Assembly: GCA_026416665.1 (NCBI GenBank)
Contig: JAOAET010000057.1
Location: 1 to 62,979, forward strand
Direction: 5' to 3'
Source of the DNA: Candidatus Omnitrophota bacterium
GTDB lineage: Bacteria; Omnitrophota; Gorgyraeia; Gygaellales; Profunditerraquicolaceae
Length of the DNA stretch: 62,979 nt
A model generated the notes under the pieces. The model was not told the DNA's origin, ran no database searches, and saw nothing but the letters and a program-made list of their open reading frames with translations. A program made the position numbers and the translations under genes. Within the stretch, counting starts at the first letter, position 1; every line of letters begins with the position of its first letter. Below are positions 32,655-42,226 of the stretch, in pieces.

Positions 32655-33914
32655 ATGTTTTCACCATATCAATACAAGTGCGGTTTAGATATTGGTTCAA
32701 GTAAAATAGCTGCTTGTTTAGCAGTGATAAAAGGGCAGGATATTGTAGATATATTTTTTGACAGTCAAAAGATAACAGGTGTCCGATACGGGACAATAAC
32801 GGATTCCGCAAAAGTAGTTGAAGGTATAAGGCGTGTGCTTGTGTCATTAAGAGCAAAGGTAAAGGTACCAATTCGTCAGCTTTATACGAATATATCGGGA
32901 CAAGATATCCACTGGAAAACAGTTCATACAGTTATTCCATTGACAGAAAGAGGGACAAAGTTAATTAATTCTCTTGATGTGGAACGGATTACTCAGCAGG
33001 TGTTACTTTTAGGGTCCAGTCTTGATGAAGAAATTATTCATCATATTCCTTTAAGCTTTTCCGTTGATAATAAAACTGGCATTCGTAATCCAGAAGGAAT
33101 GGCTGGCCATACTTTAGCTGTAGAGATGCAGTTGATTTGTGCAAAGATATCTGCTCTGCAGACCATTAGTTATGCAGTGCAGAGTGCTGCTTGTGAAGCA
33201 AGGGATATTTCCTTTTCGGGCCTTGCTACTGCTGAAGTAGTATTTGACGATACACTTCGTCACGGGGTCAACATACTGATTGATATGGGTGCAGATATCA
33301 CCGAGATACTTATTTTTAGTGAAGGGCTGTTGCAGGAAATTATTTTGCTGCATACGGGGGGTAATGATTTAACCCGCTTGTTAATGGAACGTTTTTCTCT
33401 TCCTTTTGAGGTTGCAGAAGAATTGAAGTTATCCTGCAGTATGGATAATTATTTCTCAGATTCTGCGAAAGAAAAAGAAACACTAGTTAAAAGTGATGGT
33501 CAGTTACGTGCCTTAAGACAGAAGGAAGTTATCAGTGCACTTTCCGAGAAGACTAAAACTATTTGTTTACTGTTAAAAGATGAGTTGGAAAGAAAGATAA
33601 AGTTTTCTGAAATAAAAAATTGTTTCTTCTGTGGGCAGGCAGTATTACAAGAAGGATTCTTAGAAGTTGCCGAACATATATTTGGTATTCCTGTTGAGCT
33701 GGCACGTATTAGAGAGCATACTTTGGCGGCCTATCTAAGTTCTAACATACAGCTGGGTGGTTTAAAATATATGACTTATTTAACCGCTTTAGGGCTGGTA
33801 GTCAGACATTTATCTTTTCACCCCCCAAAAATTTTAGAAACAAAAAACCCTTCTGCTAATTTTTTTCAAAAAGCATATCATAAACTCTGGGAGATTTATC
33901 AGGAATATTTTTAA
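32655..33914 (+). CDS. ftsA: Cell division protein FtsA (divergent)
   Basis: GLDIGSSKI, SHS2 insert (IIHHIP..F.VD..NPEGM.G), AEELK, C-terminal amphipathic helix ending EYF. Confidence 0.88.
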   Translation: MFSPYQYKCGLDIGSSKIAACLAVIKGQDIVDIFFDSQKITGVRYGTITDSAKVVEGIRRVLVSLRAKVKVPIRQLYTNISGQDIHWKTVHTVIPLTERGTKLINSLDVERITQQVLLLGSSLDEEIIHHIPLSFSVDNKTGIRNPEGMAGHTLAVEMQLICAKISALQTISYAVQSAACEARDISFSGLATAEVVFDDTLRHGVNILIDMGADITEILIFSEGLLQEIILLHTGGNDLTRLLMERFSLPFEVAEELKLSCSMDNYFSDSAKEKETLVKSDGQLRALRQKEVISALSEKTKTICLLLKDELERKIKFSEIKNCFFCGQAVLQEGFLEVAEHIFGIPVELARIREHTLAAYLSSNIQLGGLKYMTYLTALGLVVRHLSFHPPKILETKNPSANFFQKAYHKLWEIYQEYF

Positions 33915-33938
33915 GTTATTTTTCTGAAATAATAAAAA

Positions 33939-33966
33939 TTGACCAGCAAAAAAGCTGCGCTATAAT
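33939..33966 (+). promoter_or_regulatory. Sigma70-type promoter for yggS-proC
   Basis: TTGACC-16-TATAAT in the short ftsA-yggS gap. Confidence 0.7.
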
Positions 33967-33990
33967 ATTTTTTTATTGGAATTAAATATT

Positions 33991-34677
33991 GTGATAGGAG
34001 ATAATTTCCAAATTATTAAAAAACGTATTTTCTCTGCCTGTGAAAGGGTAAACCGAGACCCTCAGACAGTAACTATTGCTGCCGTAGTTAAAGGAAAAAC
34101 GACAGAACAGATAAAAAAAGCTATTGAGGAAGGTATTGTAGTAGTTGCAGAAAATAAAGTGCAGGAGGCAAGAATACACAAGGCAGAGATAGAAAAATTA
34201 AAAGATGCCAAGATACAATGGCACATGATTGGTCACTTACAGACCAATAAGGTGGCCTGGGCAGTGCGGCTTTTTGACTTAATTCACTCAGTAGATAGCC
34301 TCAGGTTAGCAGAAGCTATAAATAAAAGTGCAGAGAAAATAGGCAAAATCCAAGAAATTCTTCTTCAGGTAAAGACTTCTGATGAAAAGACTAAGTGGGG
34401 TATTTCTGTTGGAGAGGTAGAAGAGGTTGCTGGTCGTTGTATAAAAATGTCACATTTACGTTTGAGGGGGTTAATGACCATTGCGCCCGACATAAATAAT
34501 CCCGAAGAATCAAGGTCATATTTTCGCACATTAAAAAATATTCTTGCACTCCTTAATGAAAAACAAATTGCTCCTTGGAAACTAGATGTATTATCTATGG
34601 GTATGAGCAATGATTTTGAGGTGGCAGTAGAAGAAGGAGCAACGATTGTGCGTATTGGCAGGGCCTTATTTGCTTAA
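33991..34677 (+). CDS. yggS: PLP homeostasis protein (YggS/PLPBP)
   Basis: AVVK, ENKVQE, WHMIGHLQTNK, HSVD, GLMT, LSMGMS.DF, VRIG; alternative TTG start at 33976. Confidence 0.93.
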   Translation: MIGDNFQIIKKRIFSACERVNRDPQTVTIAAVVKGKTTEQIKKAIEEGIVVVAENKVQEARIHKAEIEKLKDAKIQWHMIGHLQTNKVAWAVRLFDLIHSVDSLRLAEAINKSAEKIGKIQEILLQVKTSDEKTKWGISVGEVEEVAGRCIKMSHLRLRGLMTIAPDINNPEESRSYFRTLKNILALLNEKQIAPWKLDVLSMGMSNDFEVAVEEGATIVRIGRALFA

Positions 34678-34697
34678 GAACAAAAAAGGTTTTTAAT

Positions 34698-35531
34698 ATG
34701 GCGTTAGCATTGGGAATAATTGGTTATGGAACAATGGGTTCAGCAATAGGTGAACAACTTAAAGCGCGTTACCCTATTTATGCCTTTGACAAAGAACCTC
34801 TAAGATTTAAAAATATAGAAGGTATAACTGTTACAAAAAATCTAGAGCAGATTTTTTCTTCTTGCACAACTGTGTTTTTAGCGGTTAAACCACAGGATTT
34901 TGAAAGTCTTTTAAGTGAAATAAAGGACTTAGTAAGAGGTCAATTGTTGGTTTCTATTGCCGCAGGAGTATCTACCCGGTATATTGAAAACCGCATTAGA
35001 CAAGTTAGAGTTATAAGGGTAATGCCTAATCTGGCTATCACTGTAGCAGCAGGAATGAGTTGTTTAACCAAAGGTAGCAATGCCAGTAACGTTGATCTAT
35101 CGTTTATTCAGGGTATATTTAATCGTTTGGGTAAAACCTTGTTAATTGAAGAGAGGATGATGAATCAAGCAACAGCTGTTTCAGGTAGCGGGCCAGGGTT
35201 TTTCTTTGACCTTATTCGTTTTTTACCCAAAGACAGATGGCGAGAATTTGGATTTGAACAATTTTTGCCTGCTCTTGAACAAGCTGCTTCGAAATTAGGT
35301 TTTGGTTTAATTAATGCCAAACTGCTATCTGAGGCAACAGTGGAAGGAAGTTTGTCTCTCTTAGATAAGGCGCATAAATCCCCAGAGATACTTTGTATGC
35401 GCGTTGCTTCTAGAGGAGGCACAACAGAGGCAGGGCTTAAGGTTTTATCTGGTGATATAAAGAATTTAGAAAAAGCAGTAATGGCAGCTAAAAAGCGGGC
35501 TGATGAGTTATCTTCTAATTTTGTAAATTAA
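34698..35531 (+). CDS. proC: Pyrroline-5-carboxylate reductase
   Basis: GIIGYGTMG, LAVKPQ, SIAAG, RVMPN, SGSGP, GGTT. Confidence 0.92.
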   Translation: MALALGIIGYGTMGSAIGEQLKARYPIYAFDKEPLRFKNIEGITVTKNLEQIFSSCTTVFLAVKPQDFESLLSEIKDLVRGQLLVSIAAGVSTRYIENRIRQVRVIRVMPNLAITVAAGMSCLTKGSNASNVDLSFIQGIFNRLGKTLLIEERMMNQATAVSGSGPGFFFDLIRFLPKDRWREFGFEQFLPALEQAASKLGFGLINAKLLSEATVEGSLSLLDKAHKSPEILCMRVASRGGTTEAGLKVLSGDIKNLEKAVMAAKKRADELSSNFVN

Positions 35532-35541
35532 AGGAGTACGT

Positions 35542-36405
35542 ATGGCAAAAATAGGAATAATTGGGGGAAGCGGATTATACCAGATAGAAGGACTTTCAGC
35601 AAAAAGGCAACTGTCAGTTAATACGCCGTTTGGTAAGCCTTCAGATGATTTGGTAGTTGGAAAACTTGCAGGAAAAGAAGTGGTATTCTTACCAAGGCAT
35701 GGTCGAGGCCATCGTTTAAATCCTTCAGAGATAAATTATCGTGCTAATATTTTTGCAATGAAAAAATTAGGAGTAGAACGAATTATTTCAGTTACTGCTT
35801 GTGGAAGTCTGCGACAGCAGATAAAGCCGTTGGAGTTTGTTTTACCTGACCAGTTTGTAGATAGAACAAATCAGGCTCGTAAAGTTACCTTCTTTGAGAA
35901 TGGAATAGTAGCGCATATTTCTTTTGCTCACCCTATTTGTGGTAACTTACATAGTTTTCTTGTTCAGATTTTAGAACAGTTAAAGATACCTTTTCATAAG
36001 AAAGGCACATACCTATGTATGGAAGGGCCAGCTTTTTCTACTCAGGCAGAGTCAAATCTATACCGCAGTTGGGGAATGGATATAATTGGGATGACAAATA
36101 TTTCTGAGGCAAAACTAGCACGTGAGGCAGAGATTTGTTATGCTACCTTAGCAGCAGTTACTGATTATGACTGCTGGTATGAACCCGCTGAACCAGTTAC
36201 CGTGGAGATGGTGCTTACTAATTTACAGAAAAACGTGGCCAACGCTAAGAAAATTATAAAGGAAGTAATTGCACGCCTACCTTTAGAAAGAGATTGTAGC
36301 TGTAGCAAGGCACTTAAGGACGCAATAGTTACTCATCCAGAGTTTATCCCTATTTCTGTAAAGAAAAAGTTAAATCCGCTTATTGGAAAATATTTAAAGA
36401 GATGA
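35542..36405 (+). CDS. mtnP: S-methyl-5'-thioadenosine phosphorylase
   Basis: GIIGGSG, TPFG.PS, RHG..H, EGP.FST.AES, GMT, TDYDCW. Confidence 0.93.
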   Translation: MAKIGIIGGSGLYQIEGLSAKRQLSVNTPFGKPSDDLVVGKLAGKEVVFLPRHGRGHRLNPSEINYRANIFAMKKLGVERIISVTACGSLRQQIKPLEFVLPDQFVDRTNQARKVTFFENGIVAHISFAHPICGNLHSFLVQILEQLKIPFHKKGTYLCMEGPAFSTQAESNLYRSWGMDIIGMTNISEAKLAREAEICYATLAAVTDYDCWYEPAEPVTVEMVLTNLQKNVANAKKIIKEVIARLPLERDCSCSKALKDAIVTHPEFIPISVKKKLNPLIGKYLKR

Positions 36406-36426
36406 TTTTTCTTAACTGAGGTTAAT

Positions 36427-39255
36427 ATGGATTATAAAAATACTTTAAATCTCCCAAGAACAGAATTTTCGATGAAAGCAGATTTACCCCGTAGAGAACC
36501 AGAATTTTTAAGATACTGGCAGACTATAGATATTTATGAAAAGATACGCAAAAAACCTCACCCAAAAGGAAAGTATATCCTACACGATGGTCCTCCTTAT
36601 GCCAATGGGAATATTCATATAGGTCATGCCCTTAATAAAACACTAAAAGACATTATTGTAAAATATAAAACTATGCAGGGCTTTGATGCCCCTTTTGTCC
36701 CTGGTTGGGACTGTCATGGTTTACCTGTTGAACATCAGCTGTTCAAGGAACTTAAAATCACTAAATATCAGATTAGTCAGATTGAGTTCCGAAAGAAAGC
36801 CCATGAATATGCCATGCGTTTTGTGGAAATACAGAAACAAGAGTTTAAACGTCTGGGTGTTTTTGGCCAGTGGGATAACCCGTATCTTACCTTAAGTAGG
36901 GATTATGAAGCAAGTATTGTAGCAAGTTTTTCTACCTTAGTTAAAAACGGATACATTTACCGAGGACTTAAGCCGGTTAATTGGTGTTTTAAGTGTGAAA
37001 CTGCCTTAGCAGAGGCAGAGGTAGAATATGAACTACATACATCTGCATCCATATTTGTAAAGTTTCCTATTGATTCTGCAAATGGAAAATTCCTTGAAAA
37101 TTCTTATCTAGTTATATGGACTACTACTCCGTGGACGCTGCCAGCAAATGTAGCAGTTGCAGTCCATCCCGATTTTACCTACTCTTACATACAGACAGAA
37201 AAAGGTAATTTACTGCTAGCTACAGATAGAATGTTTATCTTAGAAAAAATGGGTATAAAAAATTACCAGTTGATTCGCCAGTATAATGGTAGCCAACTAG
37301 AAGGTGTATTGTATCGCCATCCGTTGGGTACACGTAGCGGTAAGTTAATTTTGGCTGATTTTGTTTCTAGCCAAGAGGGAACAGGTTTAGTGCATATTGC
37401 CCCTGGTCATGGTGCTGAAGATTACCAGGTAGGTTTAAAATATAATCTTGAAGTAATTATGCCGGTAGACAATCGGGGTAATTTTACCCAGGCAGCAGGA
37501 GAGTTTAAAGGGCTTAATGTCTATGAGGCTAATCCTAAGATTATTGAAAAACTGTCATCTTTAGGACTTATTTTATTATCTGAAAAAATAGAGCATTCTT
37601 ATCCTCATTGTTGGCGTTGTAAGAATCCTATAATCTTTCGTGCTACTGAACAATGGTTTTTAAAAATTGACCATAATAATTTAAGAGAATCTCTCTTAAG
37701 AGAAATAAAATCCAATATTAAGTTTATTCCAGAAGCAGGAAGAGAAAGAATTTCTGCAATGGTAGCGCTTAGACCAGACTGGTGCTTATCTAGACAAAGA
37801 TATTGGGGGGTACCTATTCCTGCTTTAGTATGCCAGAAGTGTAATAATGAGTTTCTTGAACCTGGTGTAATTGATAACTTTGCTAAATTTGTCGCGAAAG
37901 AAGGCTCAGATTGTTGGTTTACTAGAAAGCTTACAGATTTTTTAACAGAAGAAGTACATTGTCCTGTTTGTTCATCAAATCTTTTTACCAAAGGATCGGA
38001 CATACTTGATGTTTGGTTTGATTCAGGTGTTAGCCACCAAGCAGTTTTGAAACAAAGGAACGATTTAGGAGGGTTGCCTTGTGACCTATATCTTGAAGGT
38101 TCCGACCAACATCGTGGATGGTTTCAATCTTCTCTTATTCCTGCAATGTGTATTGATGGCAAGTCTCCATTTAAGAGTGTATTGACTCATGGGCATGTAG
38201 TTGATGGTGAGGGTAGAAAGATGTCCAAATCGCTGGGTAATGTTATACCACCGCAAGAGATTATTCAGAAGTCAGGTGCCGACATTATTCGTTTGTGGGT
38301 GGCATTTAGTAATTATTCTGAGGATATTCGTATATCAGATGAAATCTTGGCAAGATTAATTGAGGCATATCGTAAAATCAGGAACACCGCGCGTTTTATT
38401 CTCAGCAACCTCTATGATTTTTCGCCGGACAAAGATTATATTCCCTTCAAAGACATGGAAAGGCTTGACCAGCGTATCCTACAAAAACTTACTTTACTTG
38501 TGCAGGAAGTAGTTGACTATGGTTATGAGCAGTTTCAGTTTAATCGGGCGATAAAGGCGATATATGATTTTTGTAACGAAGAACTTTCTATGGGATATCT
38601 GGATATGGTCAAAGGTCGGCTTTATACCTTTTTAGCAAATTCTAAAGAACGCCGTTCAGCCCAGACTGCACTATACGAAATAATTGATGCAATTGTTCGT
38701 TTACTTGCTCCTATTCTCGTATTTACTGCAGAAGATATCTGGCAGCATATGCCTAAGAAAAAAAATGAAGAAGAAGTGCCCAGTGTTCACTTGTTAGATA
38801 TGCCTGACTATACACTTTTGGGAAAAAAGTTTTGCCTACCAGAAAAACAACCTACTTCGGTGATTTCTTATTTAGAGAAAATTTTTGAGATATTACCTGA
38901 GGTAACTAAGGCATTAGAAGAGAAACGTTCTATCGGGCTTATCGGTAGTTCATTTGATGCACAAATAAAAATATTGACAAAAGACCAAAGTTGGTATAAA
39001 TATTTAGGAAGTCTGCAACAGGAAGTTGCTGAGATTTTTAAGGTATCTAAGGTCATAATAAATAATGAGGACAGCCAGAGTTTACCAGAGGCCACACAAG
39101 TAATTAGCCATCCAGAGATTAAGATACTTGTGGAAAAGGCAGAAGGGGTAAAGTGTCAACGTTGTTGGAATTATGAACAAAGTGTAGGAGTTGATTTAGA
39201 ATATAAGGAATTATGTAAACGTTGTGTAACCGTAGTGCGTTCGACCGCCCAATAA
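36427..39255 (+). CDS. ileS: Isoleucine--tRNA ligase (type 1)
   Basis: DGPPYANG.IHIGH, WTTTPWT, EGSDQHRGWF, KMSKS, C-terminal Zn finger. Confidence 0.97.
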   Translation: MDYKNTLNLPRTEFSMKADLPRREPEFLRYWQTIDIYEKIRKKPHPKGKYILHDGPPYANGNIHIGHALNKTLKDIIVKYKTMQGFDAPFVPGWDCHGLPVEHQLFKELKITKYQISQIEFRKKAHEYAMRFVEIQKQEFKRLGVFGQWDNPYLTLSRDYEASIVASFSTLVKNGYIYRGLKPVNWCFKCETALAEAEVEYELHTSASIFVKFPIDSANGKFLENSYLVIWTTTPWTLPANVAVAVHPDFTYSYIQTEKGNLLLATDRMFILEKMGIKNYQLIRQYNGSQLEGVLYRHPLGTRSGKLILADFVSSQEGTGLVHIAPGHGAEDYQVGLKYNLEVIMPVDNRGNFTQAAGEFKGLNVYEANPKIIEKLSSLGLILLSEKIEHSYPHCWRCKNPIIFRATEQWFLKIDHNNLRESLLREIKSNIKFIPEAGRERISAMVALRPDWCLSRQRYWGVPIPALVCQKCNNEFLEPGVIDNFAKFVAKEGSDCWFTRKLTDFLTEEVHCPVCSSNLFTKGSDILDVWFDSGVSHQAVLKQRNDLGGLPCDLYLEGSDQHRGWFQSSLIPAMCIDGKSPFKSVLTHGHVVDGEGRKMSKSLGNVIPPQEIIQKSGADIIRLWVAFSNYSEDIRISDEILARLIEAYRKIRNTARFILSNLYDFSPDKDYIPFKDMERLDQRILQKLTLLVQEVVDYGYEQFQFNRAIKAIYDFCNEELSMGYLDMVKGRLYTFLANSKERRSAQTALYEIIDAIVRLLAPILVFTAEDIWQHMPKKKNEEEVPSVHLLDMPDYTLLGKKFCLPEKQPTSVISYLEKIFEILPEVTKALEEKRSIGLIGSSFDAQIKILTKDQSWYKYLGSLQQEVAEIFKVSKVIINNEDSQSLPEATQVISHPEIKILVEKAEGVKCQRCWNYEQSVGVDLEYKELCKRCVTVVRSTAQ

Positions 39256-39270
39256 AGAAAGGAAGAAGTC

Positions 39271-39648
39271 TTGAAAAAGAAATTTGACAAGAAAGAACTG
39301 CAGGAATTTAAAAAACTTCTGTTACATCAGAAAGAGACATTGCTTGATTCTCTTGAACACAGCGCCCAGGATACCAAGACCTCTCCTAAAGACGCCTCAG
39401 GGGATATCTCAAGTTATACCTTTCATATGGCAGATGTTGCTACAGACACCTACGACCGCGAATTTGCTATTGGTATGGCCTCTAATGAACGACAACTTTT
39501 GTATGAGATTGAAGATGCTCTAAAACGCATTGAGGACGGAACATATGGTATATGTGAAGAATGTGCCAATCTTATATCTGTAGCCAGACTAAAAGCGCTA
39601 CCTTATGCCCGTTTGTGTTTAAGTTGTCAAGAGAAGAAAGAACGCTAA
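39271..39648 (+). CDS. TraR/DksA-family C4 zinc-finger regulator
   Basis: HMADVATD coiled-coil tip, GTYGICEEC..RL.ALP.A.LC..C; TTG start after AAAGGAAG. Confidence 0.9.
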   Translation: MKKKFDKKELQEFKKLLLHQKETLLDSLEHSAQDTKTSPKDASGDISSYTFHMADVATDTYDREFAIGMASNERQLLYEIEDALKRIEDGTYGICEECANLISVARLKALPYARLCLSCQEKKER

Positions 39649-39657
39649 TTCCTATTA

Positions 39658-40119
39658 ATGCTCTATCTTCTAGTATTAGGTGTTGTTGTTTGTGACCAAC
39701 TGAGTAAATATCTTATAGAACAGCTATTAGAGCCCAATCAGACTTTCCCCATTATAAAAGGTTTATTCCATCTTACTTTGGTGCATAACACAGGCGCAGC
39801 ATTTGGGATTTTTCGTCACCAGACTTTTTTACTGATTTTGATTAGTGGAATCTCTATCCTAATTATTATTCATAATTTAGTTACAACTAGAACTCCTTGG
39901 TGTTCAAAGCAATCCATAGCATTATATTTAATTTTAGGGGGAGCAATCGGAAATCTAATAGATCGGGTTCGCCTGGGGTATGTTGTAGATTTTATAGATT
40001 TAAGAATTTGGCCTGTCTTTAATTTTGCAGATACCGCTATTACATTAGGAGTAATTTTGTTGTGTTATATTGTTTTTAAGGAATCAATAACAACCAAAAG
40101 AAAAACAGGTGCTTGTTGA
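39658..40119 (+). CDS. lspA: Lipoprotein signal peptidase II
   Basis: DQLSK, NTGAAFG, GNLIDR, VVDFI, FNFAD. Confidence 0.96.
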   Translation: MLYLLVLGVVVCDQLSKYLIEQLLEPNQTFPIIKGLFHLTLVHNTGAAFGIFRHQTFLLILISGISILIIIHNLVTTRTPWCSKQSIALYLILGGAIGNLIDRVRLGYVVDFIDLRIWPVFNFADTAITLGVILLCYIVFKESITTKRKTGAC

Positions 40120-40134
40120 AATAATAATTTAATT

Positions 40135-41100
40135 ATGCCAGAGTATAGTTTCTTTATCTCGGAAGAATATAGTAATAAACGTTTAGATAAAGTAGTCTCA
40201 GAGTATGCTGCTAAGTTATCCTTGGGGCTGTCACGCACCTATATAAAAAAAATTATCAATAATAAAGCAGTTAAAATAAACGGAAAACCTATAACCTGTG
40301 CCCATCGAAAAGTATTAACTAACGAGAAGATAGAGTTTTTTATACCTGAACAGAAAAGCTTAGAATTACAACCACAAGAAATTGCCATATCCGTTTTATA
40401 CTCTGACAATGATATAGTGGTAGTCGATAAGCCAGCGGGTATGGTAGTTCATCCTGGTGCAGGTAACCAGAACAATACCTTGGTAAATGCTTTATTGGCA
40501 CGTTTTCCTGAGTTATCTTCTATTAATCCACTACGTCCAGGTATTGTTCATCGTCTTGATAAGGAAACTTCAGGGGTTATGGTTGTTGCCAGAAATAATA
40601 CCGCACATTTGAAATTGGCAAAGCAGTTTTCTGAGCATACTATAAAGCGTATTTATCTGGCAATTGTTAGAGGAATTGTTTCTTTTGATGAACAACTTAT
40701 TGAACTGCCTATTGGACGTAATCCTTATAGACGTAAACAGATGGCAGTTGCTTTCTCTAACAAAGTAAGACAGGCAACAACATATTGTAAGGTGCTTAAG
40801 CGTTTCTCTGATACTACATTAGTAGAATTACGTCCTTTTACGGGGCGAACCCATCAATTAAGGGTACATCTTGCTTATTTAGGATATCCTATTTTAGGTG
40901 ATCCTACTTATGGTACAAAAAGCAGCTTTACACGTATGGCGTTACATGCGATTTATCTTGGTTTTATTCATCCTACGAAAGAAAAATTTGTAGAGTTTTG
41001 TAGTCCCCTGCCTGTGGAGTTCGAAGAATATCTGAAAAATTACGCTGAGGACTTTAAACTTCCGTATTATATTAAAAGAAAAGAATTTTATAAATTCTAA
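40135..41100 (+). CDS. rluD: RluA/RluD-family pseudouridine synthase
   Basis: S4-like N-terminus, KPAGMVVHP, VHRLDKETSG, TGRTHQLRVH; follows lspA. Confidence 0.88.
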   Translation: MPEYSFFISEEYSNKRLDKVVSEYAAKLSLGLSRTYIKKIINNKAVKINGKPITCAHRKVLTNEKIEFFIPEQKSLELQPQEIAISVLYSDNDIVVVDKPAGMVVHPGAGNQNNTLVNALLARFPELSSINPLRPGIVHRLDKETSGVMVVARNNTAHLKLAKQFSEHTIKRIYLAIVRGIVSFDEQLIELPIGRNPYRRKQMAVAFSNKVRQATTYCKVLKRFSDTTLVELRPFTGRTHQLRVHLAYLGYPILGDPTYGTKSSFTRMALHAIYLGFIHPTKEKFVEFCSPLPVEFEEYLKNYAEDFKLPYYIKRKEFYKF

Positions 41101-41327
41101 TTAAATTAATTGAATCTTAGAATGATAAATATGTTATCACTAAAGACGCAAATAAGAGAAGAGAGTTAAGAACTTTTTTTGTTATTTTACAGGTTACTGA
41201 AGATTTTCTAGTTACAATATTCAATAATGTATTTGCGTAAGAAGAGATTTAGAGCCAAGCTTTTAAAAGAAGGCATTAAATTTAGAGACACAGTGTACAT
41301 AATCTGCTTTTGCGCTTTAAAAATTTC

Positions 41328-41355
41328 TTGCTTTTTATATAATTAATGTTATATT
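41328..41355 (+). promoter_or_regulatory. Putative sigma70 promoter
   Basis: TTGCTT-16-TATATT with an extended TGn, upstream of SD AAGGAGG. Confidence 0.55.
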
Positions 41356-41404
41356 AAAGTTTTAAAGGGTCATTATTTATGAAGAACTGGAAAGGAGGCA
41401 ACGG

Positions 41405-42226
41405 ATGAATAATAAAGGCAAAGCGGTAATTTTCCTTGTTATTCTTATAGTTCTTTCTTTGGGTTTAAGTGCTTATACCTTTTATTTATTCCAGCAGAAA
41501 TCAAAACAGTATCAAATTCTTACTGCTGAATATGAAGACTTGACTAGTAAATATAAAGCACGCCAGATGGAACTTGAAGAGATGCAGGTAAAGAACACTG
41601 AACTTGAACGGAAAGTCTCAGACCTGCAGAATAAATTACAAGATGCGCAGAAAAAGATTTCTGCTTTAACTAGCGATTTAGAAAAAGAAAAAGCAACTAA
41701 AAAACAGTCTCAAGATGAAATTGCACGTCTTAAGGCATCTTTAGAAGAACAGCTTAAGATTAAACAAGATATGGAAAAAGAACTGACTGATACGGTGGAA
41801 TCGCTAAAGAATATGGAGTCCCAGCTTAAAGAAATGCAGACCAAGCTTAATGAAGTTGAAAGTAGAAAGAAGTTATTAGAAGACAGAGTTAAGGAATTAG
41901 AGCAGAAAGCCCAGAATGTTGAGTTAGGAACTATTGTAGTTAGTTCTGATAAACCTTCTGTTTCACCTGCAGCTGTTAATTCTCCACAGAAAATCGAAGG
42001 AAAAATTGCAGTAGTAAATAAAGAGTATAGTTTTGCAGTAATTAACCTTGGTTCACGTGATGGAGTAGCGGTAGGAAATGTTTTTACAGTTCTACATAAT
42101 AATAAACCAATAGGGGATATAAAAGTAGAGAAGGTTCATGATACGATGTCAGCAGCAGGTTTTGTATCAGCCGATTTGCGTGATAAGATTTTTGAAGGTG
42201 ATAAGGTGGTTCTTAAGGTTCAATGA
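41405..42226 (+). CDS. Membrane-anchored long coiled-coil protein with a C-terminal beta domain
   Basis: N-terminal TM, about 140 aa of heptads, S/P linker, beta domain (AVINLGSRDGV..G); strong SD. Confidence 0.85.
   Translation: MNNKGKAVIFLVILIVLSLGLSAYTFYLFQQKSKQYQILTAEYEDLTSKYKARQMELEEMQVKNTELERKVSDLQNKLQDAQKKISALTSDLEKEKATKKQSQDEIARLKASLEEQLKIKQDMEKELTDTVESLKNMESQLKEMQTKLNEVESRKKLLEDRVKELEQKAQNVELGTIVVSSDKPSVSPAAVNSPQKIEGKIAVVNKEYSFAVINLGSRDGVAVGNVFTVLHNNKPIGDIKVEKVHDTMSAAGFVSADLRDKIFEGDKVVLKVQ

Noticed and set aside
41227-41346. 39-aa basic small ORF (MYLRKKRFRAKLL...)
   Set aside because: No SD, overlaps the downstream promoter, no recognisable family.
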